From: Azolla caroliniana
Taxonomy: Eukaryota > Plantae > Polypodiophyta
NCBI GenBank assembly: GCA_043228905.1
Contig: JBHGNT010000674.1
Coordinates: forward strand, 1 to 17,966
DNA length: 17,966 nt
Direction of reading: 5' to 3'
Shown piece after piece: positions 9,185 through 17,966 of this stretch. How positions within the stretch are numbered: position 1 is the stretch's first letter; each line of letters opens with the position of its first letter. The position numbers were made by a program, and so were the translations under genes. Under the pieces are notes generated by a model, which saw only the letters and a program-made list of their open reading frames with translations, was not told the origin of the DNA and did not search any database.

Positions 9185-12100
9185 GATCGTCCAGGCTCAG
9201 CTTATGTTGCGGATTTCCGTCTACTCACCACCGATATTCCCTAGGATGACCTAACATTGATGGAGCGATTTCGATTTGTCTTGCGAAATGATGTCAAAGA
9301 CTTACTCCTGACTTTCTCCGAAGAACCAAAGTCGCTTATAAAGGCAATCAGTCGAGCAGTACGGTGCAATAACATGCTTTTCAAACGACATTCGGAACGT
9401 CAGTTGCAAATGCCAAGAACAAGGTCGGAGCCCACATACGCCTTCGTCATAGCAAAACCATTTGCACAGGAATCATATAACGCGTCTCTAGCAAATACTC
9501 CAACACCGATGGAAATCGACACCACACGTCATCGTGGACCATTATCGGAAGAAGAAAAGCAACGACACCAAACAAATCGACTATGTCTTTATTGCGATGA
9601 ATTGTCCCCATAGGCCAAGAAGATAGGTAAATCAAATAGCCGCTAGTACTAATAGTACTAAACTTGAGTCTATTTCATTAGGAGTGTCTGATAGTCCTAA
9701 TAACCCAAGCCTATCAAACAAATTTGAAATCCTTAAGTCAAATAGAAGAAGAGTTAAACAACTAAGTCTAGCAAAAATAGGAGCCATTTGGTTAGACAAC
9801 CCTAGATCTGTGCAACCCATTAGTGGTTCCATTCCCTCTAACCAAGTTAGCAATGTCTTCCTAACTCAAGTAACAATTAGTACTAAAAGTAACCCTCTAG
9901 TACATGTCTTAGCACTCCTAGATTCTAGAGCCAACTCTTGCTTCATGGATAAGAATTTTGCCCAAGCTCATCAGATATCCCTAAGAAAACTCCCTTGTGC
10001 AACTTCTGTAGTAGTCATTGATGGTTGCCCCATTGCTTCCGGAAATATCGTAGAAGAGTCAGAGCTGATTAGTGTTGTCCTAAATAATTTGGTGTGTGTA
10101 GTATCATTTAATATAATTAGTAGTCCAAAGCATCCAATTGTTTTGGGGTTACCATGGTTCGAATTACACAATCCGGGCATAGATTGGAGAACAAGAGAAA
10201 TCAGGTATCGATAATCTCAAGAATCTACTCACAAGATTTCAACCATTTCGCTAATCAATTGCGTGAGGAAGGACACAAGGAATCAATGTTTGTATTCACA
10301 GTATCAATGCAAGCTTCCGACACCACTAAGGAGGAGTCAACAATTCAACTTCCAAAGAAGTATCATCATTATGCCAACGTTTTTGATAAGGTGAAAGCTA
10401 GTACTCCTTCTCACCATCGACTATATGATTGTCCCATTGATTTACAACTAGGAAAAGAGCCACCATGGGAACCGATCTACAACTTGTCACCAACCGAGCT
10501 CAAAGTTCTTCGCACTTACATAGAGGAAAATTTGGCAAATGGGTTCATTCGACATTCGAAATCTCCCGCCGGCGCCCCTATTTTCTTCATCAAGAAAAAA
10601 AATGGCTCACTTCGTCTAGTCGTGGATTACTGTGGCTTGAATAAGGTCACCATTAAGAATAGGTATGCACTTCCCCTGATCTCAAGTCTTTTAGAAAGGA
10701 TTAGTGGCGCAAATTTTTTCACAAAAATTGACTTATGAGGAGCATATAACCTCATACGGATTCGACTGGGAGACGAATGGAAGACAACTTTCCACACCCG
10801 ATATGGCACTTCGAGTATACGATTATGCCATTCGGCCTCACCAATGCACAAACAGTCTTCTAACACATGGCAAATGATATATTCTGAGATCTTTTGGATA
10901 TCTGTTTGATCATCTATTTGGATGATCTACTAGTTTATTCAAAGCCGCAGGAGGAGCATGATTCTCATGTACGATTAGTACTAAGATGACTACGAGAACA
11001 TGGTCTTTATGCAAAGTTGGAAAAGTGTAGTTTTGACTGTAACCAGGTGGAATTTCTAGGCTATGTCATCTCCTCGGAAGGCATATCTATGGATCCAGCT
11101 AAAGTCCAAACTGTGTTAGAGTGACAAACTCCACGTTCGTTACGAGATGTGCAATGTTTTTTTGGATTTGCAAATTTCTATCGCAAGTTTATACAAGACT
11201 ATTAAAAGCTTACAAAGAAGGGACAATTGTTTGTTTGGTCTAAGGAAGCAGATACGGCTTTTGAAGGTCTCAAGAAAGAATTTACATCGGCTCTTGTTCT
11301 AGCTCATGTTGATCCAAAAAAAACCATTTATCATTGAGGCAGATGCGTCAGATTTCGCCCTCGGTAGTATTTTGTCACAGCAAGACAACGATGAGAAGCT
11401 ACATCCCGTGGCTTTCCACTTGTGCAAATTTGATGCTGCCGAAATCAACTACGAGATACATGACAAGGAGCTATTAGCAATAGTGGAATCTTTTGCACAA
11501 TGGAGGCATTTTTTAGAAGGATCTCCTCATCAAGTCACTGTATTTGGTGATCACAAGAATCTTGCCTACTTCCATAATGCTCGTGTGTTAAATAGACGAC
11601 AAACTCGGTGGGCTCAGTTCCTCACTCGTTTCGACTTCAAGATTACATATCATCCGGGAGAGCAACAGGGGAAAATAGATGCATTATCACGACGCTCGTA
11701 TCTAGCTCCTTGTCCTAGTGATCCAACCTCCGACAATCAAAAGCAAGTAATCCTGGGTCCAACACAACTTCAAGCAATGTGGGTTTTTGACGCTCCATTG
11801 GATTCCCGCATTATCGATACCATACATGAAGATTTGAAGACAAATGTTTTTGCTCAAGCTATTCTAGATCAAATCAATCCCTCTCGAGCATCTTGTTCAC
11901 AATCACAACAACCAGGTACGGCTTATTGACAATTCAAATGTCATGATGGTTTACTCTTCTTTAAGAAACTTTTGTGTGTTCCCAATGGTTATTGTCGCTT
12001 TTCAATAGTACAAATTTGTCATGACTCATACACAACCAGACATTTTGGTAGTACTAAAACATTGGATTTAGTACAACGAACATTTTGGTGGCCCCATATG

Positions 12101-12297
12101 CGAAGATTTGTCGAAGACTATGTTCAGACATATGATACATGTTGAAGACTGAAGATGCCTAGACTTCATCCATATGGTTTGTTGGAGCCGTTACCAATCC
12201 CAAGCAAACCGTGGCAATCTATTTCTCTAGATTTTATCACAGATCTTCCAAATTCAGAGGGCTTCAATGCGATCTTAACAGTGGTAGATCAATATAT
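9185..12297 (+). pseudogene. Gypsy gag-pol remnant (gag, PR, RT, RNase H, N-terminal integrase)
   Basis: Gag SAYVADFRLL..FRFVLRNDVKD, PTPMEID, partial knuckle LCLYC; protease LLDSRANSCF, IVLGLPWF; RT YLDD near 10915; RNase H EADASDFALG; integrase to [14 protein letters not shown]; many stops and frameshifts. Confidence 0.92.
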
Positions 12298-12662
12298 GCA
12301 TTGTAATATAAAAAATATTATTTTTATTTATTATTTCACTATAGGAAATTCATGCATATTCCAGATTACTCTGGAACATTCTAGAAACTTCAGGAGTACT
12401 CTTGACCATACTATACATAGAGGCACATGGCATTATTCAGAACCAATTCAGTTCAACGCCAGTCTGAAGCCCCTAACTGTTCTTGTATCTTCTCTTCATA
12501 TAATATACCACTTGTTATCATTATTCTCTCTCTCTCTCTCTCTCTCTCTCCTTCTCTCGTGAGTCCCACACACTCCCTTCCTCTTATTACTAATCCTCAT
12601 AGTACTTTCCTCCTCTGTCTCTAGTACTAATTCCCTCTCTGTCTTTAGGTTTATTCTTGACA
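12298..12662 (+). repeat. 3' LTR of gypsy element 2, lacking about the first 70 bp
   Basis: Aligns by eye to about 3245-3578 (ATTGTAAT..., TTCCAGATT.CTCTGGAACATTCTAGAA, (CT)n, CTCTTATTACTAAT, TGACA). Confidence 0.9.
12373..12392 (+). promoter_or_regulatory. Perfect 4-unit heat-shock element in second LTR
   Basis: gGAAcaTTCtaGAAacTTCa. Confidence 0.7.
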
Positions 12663-12843
12663 CAATGTACAGAACGAACCACCTCACTTAAACTAGGTTA
12701 CAAAGTCAATTTATATATATACTGACCCCATACTGACTAGCTTAGGACAACTGTCCTTCTTAGTATTTACAAAGAGATGGCCTAAACCTAGTGTGTACAA
12801 ATGGGACAATGTGAATAAGTCCATTAGAGACCCGTATTCGACA
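12663..12843 (-). mobile_element. Possible LTR fragment (U3/R) of an unrelated element
   Basis: Minus strand starts TGTCGAATAC..., contains TATATATAAAT followed by TTTGTAACC; cut by the gypsy 2 LTR end. Confidence 0.4.
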
Positions 12844-13034
12844 CCGAGGACTCAGAGTTGGGCGACATATGGCAACTTTTTTTATCGTGCGTTTTTTTAT
12901 TATATATCCAAATCAGACGGTGCAGATCGCACGCGCCTTCCGCTGAACGACCTGCACCATCCGTGGCCGCGATTCCCTCCCCAACCCTCTCTATTTATGA
13001 TTTGGTGATTTATAACAAACACATCGGTTGTTCG

Positions 13035-13142
13035 TACATACATACATACATACATACATACATACATACATACATACATACATACATACATACATACATA
13101 CATACATACACACATACATACATTATGATACATACATACATA
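13035..13142. repeat. (TACA)n microsatellite
   Basis: Seen directly, with two interruptions near the 3' end. Confidence 0.97.
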
Positions 13143-13454
13143 GAACGTAATATTCGTGTTCGTGCAAGCATTCCAACGTTTGGAAACGAAGACGTTTGAA
13201 ATGGGAAAAATATGTTTTCCTTTTTCTTCCTTTTTATTTATTTATTGTTGTTACAATTTAGCTCACCCTAGTGGTAAGGAGCAGTGTTGGGCAAAGTCCC
13301 AGGAACAGTGTTAGCGTTCCGGTTGGGTGAGGACTTTTGCCGGCCAAGGTGGGGAAGAGCCGGAATTGATTCCGGCTAGAATTTCCCCAAAACTGGAATC
13401 TAGCCGGTTCATATTTTATGAACCGGCTATTTATGCATTACAAAAAAAAGTAAT

Positions 13455-13535
13455 AAAAAAGTAACTCTCTCTCTCTCTCTACTAACACACACAAAGTGTC
13501 TGTCACTCTCTCCCTCTCTCATATAAAAAAAAAGT

Positions 13536-13580
<45 letters not shown>

Positions 13581-13629
13581 ACACATAGAGTGTCTGTCAC
13601 TCTCTCCCTCTCTCGTATAAAAAAAAAGT

Positions 13630-13680
<51 letters not shown>

Positions 13681-13805
13681 ACACATAGAGTGTCTGTCAC
13701 TCTCTCCCTCTCTCTCGTATAAAAAAAGAAGTAATTCTCTCTCTCTCTCTCTCTCTCTACTACACACATACACAGTGTCTGTCACTCTCTCCCTCTCTCT
13801 CGTAT
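13455..13805. repeat. Four-copy minisatellite with embedded variable (CT)n
   Basis: Unit AAAAAAGTAATT(CT)nACTACACACA..GTGTCTGTCACTCTCTCCCTCTCTCGTAT repeated 4 times. Confidence 0.9.
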
Positions 13806-14333
13806 TCCCCCCTCCCACTTTCTTTCTGTCTTTCTTTCTGTTTCCCCCACATTTTGTTTGTTTTTCCCTGTTTCCCTACACGATCCAATCCCTCTTTCCC
13901 CCCTCTTTTCCATGTTTCCCCCCTGTTTCCAAACTCTCGAATCCCTGTTTCCGTTTGGTTGGGTTTTTTGTGCTTAAGTCGTTTATCATCAACTCTATTT
14001 ATTCATTTTGATCTTTTGTGCAGTTAATATGGGGATTGATCTAATCTGTTGTCTCCGTGTCAATTGCATAACAATGATGTGGGACGCAAGGTCATCTGTT
14101 TGTACTCGTGTTGTGGAGATTATCAGATGTTTGATAGCCTTCCGATCCACGCAAATGCAGAAGGAACCCTCGACTCGTCAAACCATTAGATGTATGTTTT
14201 CGTGGTTGCCTTAATGGGGCTAATTCATTAGTTTATTAAACTCCAAGCAGTTTGCACATACATCTCGATTCTCGACTATGGGCTGCTTTGTTTCTTTAAT
14301 CTCATGCACCTTTGTGGGTTAATAATAATGCAG

Positions 14334-14592
14334 GAAGAGATTGATGATGAGACAGATGAATATGTGGATGTTCATAAAAGGTAATGCCTAGAAAGTGAAA
14401 GTTTAATTTTGCATGTTCAAAATCATTAGTTAAAGAATATGCATTAATTTAAAAAACAAGTTCTTTTGGGGAAGATAAATTGAACTCGTTGATTTTTTAT
14501 CTATTGATTTGAACGAGAGCAGAATTAGAGTCGTTTCTTTTGTATCATCAACGAGGTCTACATCAACTACTTGGCTCTTGAATTTGACTAGA
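14334..14592 (+). pseudogene. Captured fragment of a CBS/DUF21 (CNNM-like) gene: two exons, 14334-14380 and 14523-14592
   Basis: TGCAG|EEIDDETDEYVDVHK(R)|GTAAT...GCAG|(R)IRVVSFVSSTRSTSTTWLLNLTR|GTGAGT; phase-2 intron consistent; matches the plant CBSDUF motif EEIVDETDEYVDVHKRIRV. Confidence 0.8.
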
Positions 14593-14927
14593 GTGAGTAT
14601 CATATCATTCCCCTATATAGCTTTCTTTTGTTAGTTTCACTTGATATGGTGTATATGTAGAGATATTGACTCTTAAGTTCAATTCATTCCATTTCATGAA
14701 TCTCACTAATCAATTCGTGGAGGGGATATTGCACACTTACAATGATGGGTCTATGTCAATGTAATACAATTATATTTGTTTTATGAGAATCAAGTTGTAT
14801 TATAGACTAAATGAAGGTGATTTTTTAAAATACAGGACTATCTTGCCTGTGCATGTTGTTTGAAAATAAGGGTTGATAGAATTTTTATTGTGTTCTGATT
14901 AATTATAATCTACCATGTTTGATCAAG

Positions 14928-15473
14928 GCTACCAAAGAAGAAAGATTGGGCAGGGAATTTGAGGCGGAAGGTCGAATTATTCCTCCCAAGGAGAAGTCTG
15001 AAGCTTGTGATTCAAATGTAATCACACAAGGGACTCCTTTCATGGACAATTTGGCAGTTACTCTTTGATACTATATACACCTTTGACTCAATCATGATCT
15101 TGGATGGCATCAAATCAAAGTAGGAACCTAGGGTCTACTGGCTAAATAGCATGACCATCACATGTTGTTCCCACCCTGTAGTATTTCTACATCTTAGGTT
15201 ATTTTGTTGATGCAAACTCCCTAGGTGAAGGGGGGCATAAAGTCATGTCATACATTTGCTTGGAGATAAATCTTCGTGGCTTTGATTCCAATACTTTCCA
15301 TTGTTTGTATGGACTTCTATGTATTTTCTACTGTACATGAAATAAAAATGGTTTTCATTGTTATCAACTGTTTCTAGTATAACATCTTTGACACTCTAGA
15401 AATTGAGCAGGATGCTGATCTTATAATGTTGGCTCTTGCAAACCATGAAATACACTTTTCCATGTTAAGAGAG
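14928..15473 (+). pseudogene. XRN: Captured fragment of a 5'-3' exoribonuclease (XRN2/3/4 family) gene: exons 14928-15119, 15198-15316, 15411-15473
   Basis: [13 protein letters not shown]...[13 protein letters not shown]...YYIHL*LNHDLGW | [19 protein letters not shown]...HCLYGL | DADLIMLALANHEIHFSMLRE. Two stops, a 1-bp deletion in exon 2, and one donor apparently changed GT>CT at 15317. Confidence 0.93.
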
Positions 15474-16063
15474 GTAATATTCCTATCATTGCCAATCTGA
15501 TATCACATACAAGACAACTGGTAATTTATTTGCTGAAATTCAGGTTACATGACCCTTGTTTGTGGAGTTGTGATAGTAACATGCTAATATGGACATACGA
15601 CTAAGTTTTGGATGCTTGGACTTGTATGTCATTACTCATATCTTAGAGATTATCCTTTTCACTTAAAGGTATACTCACCTGTATGGGTTTAGTGGTGTTA
15701 GTCATTGTTTTTGACTGATGTAACAATGCTTCTATCATCAAAGGGGGAGGGTTTTGTCAATTGAACTCAAATGATCTCATGTGGGGTGGATAGTTTGCTA
15801 TATGTATATTTAGGACAACATAATGATTAGTGGACTCTCTATGTGCATATGTACATGGGGCATCTTAAAGCCCATATGGTTGTTGCATCATACATGTGCT
15901 AAAATTTTTTGGTATGTGGTAAAAAAATAATTTAATATGTTCCGGTTGACATTATCACTTATAGGAAAGTGGCCGGTTAAAAATTTTAATTTCCGGTTAG
16001 GATCACAAGCAACAGGAAAATTTCCGGTAGGAGTTAAAAACTTTGCCCAACACTGGTAAGGAG

Positions 16064-16887
16064 TCATGTTGTTGCTGTTTATGTCTTGGGTTCGATTCCC
16101 AATTTTCTCATTTCTTTCTCTCTCTCTCTCATTATTACCATGTCATAGCAAAATTTTATGCTAGTGTTATAATAGTTTTTTTCTTTTATTTCATTATTAT
16201 TACAACTAAGCACAACTTAGTGGTAAGTTGTTGTGCTACTATTACTTGTGTCTTGGGTTTGATTCCCAACTTACTCATATCCTCTTGTTAGTGTCATGGC
16301 AAAATTTTATGTTAGTGTCATGTTCCTTTTTCTTCTTTTTCTTTCTTTCTTTGTCATTAGAAATTAGCTCACCCGAGTGGTAAGTTGTTATGCTACTACT
16401 GCCTATGTCATGTTTTCTTCATATTCTCGAATATACGTTTTATGAGTTTTCGAACGTTTGATTATAATTTATAATGACATATTTTGATTCAATCTCTATG
16501 TCATGGCAATTTTTTATGTTACTGTCATGTTCATTTTTCTTTCTTTGTTATTAGAAATTAGGTCATCCTAGTGGTAAGTTGTTATGCTACTACTGCCTAT
16601 GTCATGTTTTCTTCATATTCTCGAATATACGTTTTATGAGTTTTCGAACGTTTGATTATAATTTATAATGACATATTTTGATTCAATCTCTATGTCATGG
16701 CAATTTTTTATGTTACTGTCATGTTCATTTTTCTTTCTTTGTTATTAGAAATTAGGTCATAATAGTGGTAAGTTGTTATGCTACTACTGCCTATGTCATG
16801 TTTTCTTCATATTCTCGAATATACGTTTTATGAGTTTTTGAACGTTTGATTATAATTTATAATGACATATTTTGATTCAATCTCTAT
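16064..16887. repeat. Tandem array: degenerate ~160-bp units followed by nearly three near-identical 194-bp units
   Basis: AGTGGTAAG anchor with GTGG at 16220, 16377, 16571, 16765 (spacings 157, 194, 194). Confidence 0.92.
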
Positions 16888-17573
16888 AGTTCATACTCAT
16901 TTTTTTGTAAAGTTCTAGGCGGAAGCTAACAAAGCTTTTGCCCATTTCCGTTAGTTTCAGGCTTGTTCCAATCCACAATCTTTTAAGTGAGGATGATAGA
17001 GATGTTTTGATTCGCATCCCAAAAGTATGCATGTGATACAATGCAAATATTGCAACCATACTTATGTTGGTGGTTCACAATGGATTAGAGTCCACTTATT
17101 AGGATTGAGTACATAATATAGACCCTAGTCAATCCAATCCAACTTTGAGAGGATTTACCATACACGTTTGATTGAATCATTCTCGAATGCGAATGCACGT
17201 ATGATACGTATGGTTCATTCTATGCATACATACATTATGATACATACATACATAGTAGAGCATACTTTAATTTTCCTTCAATTTATTTTTTCTTAACATA
17301 AAACAAAAATAAAGAGACTGCAGAATAGAAGAAGAAGTCGTGCTGAGAACCGCCATAGCCACGACACAAAGAAAGACACAGAGAATTAGAGGTAGAGAAG
17401 TAGAGGTCGAATTAGAGGTAGAGAAAGAACGGAGATTTAACAGGAGATCGTCTTTCTTCTGCTTCAATCTCCATCTCTGTTCTTCCTTTTCTTCTTCTTC
17501 TTCTTCTTCTCTCCGCCTCTATTTCTTTAGTTCTTCCTTCTTCTTCATTTTAAGCGGAGTCTCTTCCATATCC

Positions 17574-17652
17574 ATGGATGCCGATCTGTGGTCTGCTCGT
17601 ATCTTTGCTGCGAAGCGTCATCATCTCATTCAATCTGCGAACCATCAATGGG
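17574..17652 (+). CDS. DI19: First coding exon of a probable DEHYDRATION-INDUCED 19 (DI19) family zinc-finger gene; intron runs to the window end
   Basis: MDADLWSARIFAAKRHHLIQSANHQW + G|GTAAT (phase 1) resembles DI19 N-termini (MDSDxWxxRLAAAKR); good context TCCATGG; (CTT)n-rich leader; T-rich intron follows. Confidence 0.68.
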
Positions 17653-17966
17653 GTAATACTACATTACCAGTTTGTTTTCTCTGAAAATCTATTTCGTACC
17701 CCTTCTTCTTTTTCAAATTTTTTTTTTTTCTGAAGATAATATTCTATTTTACAGCTCGATTTTGAAAAACAAATATATATGATCGTTTGATCGCCATTTT
17801 CGAATAATAAGTGTAGTTTTTTTTGAATGATTATCCACAAACTATTTGATTTTAACCATATATGTGAAGAAATAATATCGAATTATGAGTAAAGAAATGT
17901 CTGGTTTTGAGTGCTCTTATGGTCCAATTCGTCTGATTTTGTGCCTTTGCATAAGGAAATCTGTCT

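Larger units (their letters stand above)
9184..12662 (+). mobile_element. Second Tcn1-like gypsy element, 5'-truncated, with internal deletion of the integrase core, chromodomain and PPT
   Basis: Collinear with element 1 from about 10170 to 12297, then jumps into LTR sequence ending TGACA at 12662. Confidence 0.93.
13282..16055. mobile_element. Non-autonomous hAT DNA transposon carrying host gene fragments (Pack-hAT), 2774 bp
   Basis: Perfect 16-bp TIR CAGTGTTGGGCAAAGT (13282-13297) / ACTTTGCCCAACACTG (16040-16055); perfect 8-bp TSD GTAAGGAG (13274-13281, 16056-16063); clustered CCGG subterminal motifs at both ends; no transposase ORF. Confidence 0.93.
13258..16102 (+). other. tRNA-derived (SINE-like) head split by the hAT insertion: 13258-13281 plus 16064-16102
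   Basis: Empty site reads TTAGCTCACCCTAGTGGTAAGGAG-TCATG...TTGGGTTCGATTCCCAA, with an A-box-like part and B-box GGTTCGATTCC (16089-16099). Confidence 0.5.

Noticed and set aside
3171-12662. The two similar LTRs as the paired ends of one large element
   Set aside because: Each follows its own pol region, so both are 3' LTRs; no PBS follows 3578 and the two are clearly diverged
12858-14011. ORFs with HTYI, MYVC or ERER runs
   Set aside because: Translations of the (TACA)n and (CT)n microsatellites
15735-15752. PPT-like CATCAAAGGGGGAG
   Set aside because: Not directly followed by a TG LTR start and no retroelement coding sequence upstream
13258-16102. Functional tRNA gene
   Set aside because: Split by the transposon, and no convincing acceptor or anticodon stems in the reconstructed sequence
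16340-16887. CRISPR-like array
   Set aside because: Whole units are repeated with no unique spacers, and the context is eukaryotic
17340-17684. 114-aa ORF as a complete gene
   Set aside because: Starts at a non-ATG codon in low-complexity leader sequence and reads through the splice donor at 17653; only 17574-17652 looks coding

Overview
Plant nuclear DNA, probably from a non-seed plant such as a fern (inference from the Tcn1-like chromoviruses and the RTEX-like LINE). Bases 1-12.8 kb are nested retroelements: a chromoviral Ty3/gypsy pol plus 3' LTR inserted in a LINE ORF2 remnant, a decayed Ty1/copia interrupted by a probable solo LTR, a second internally deleted gypsy of the same lineage, and another LTR fragment. 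The most notable feature is a 2774-bp transposase-less hAT element (13282-16055; perfect 16-bp TIRs, perfect 8-bp TSD). It carries intron-containing fragments of two unrelated host genes, a CBS/DUF21 (CNNM-like) gene and an XRN 5'-3' exoribonuclease, and it splits a tRNA-like (A/B box) unit of a tandem array. Both gypsy LTRs share a perfect 4-unit heat-shock element. The window ends in the first coding exon of a probable DI19-family gene. Family assignments come from motif recognition only; no database searches were run.
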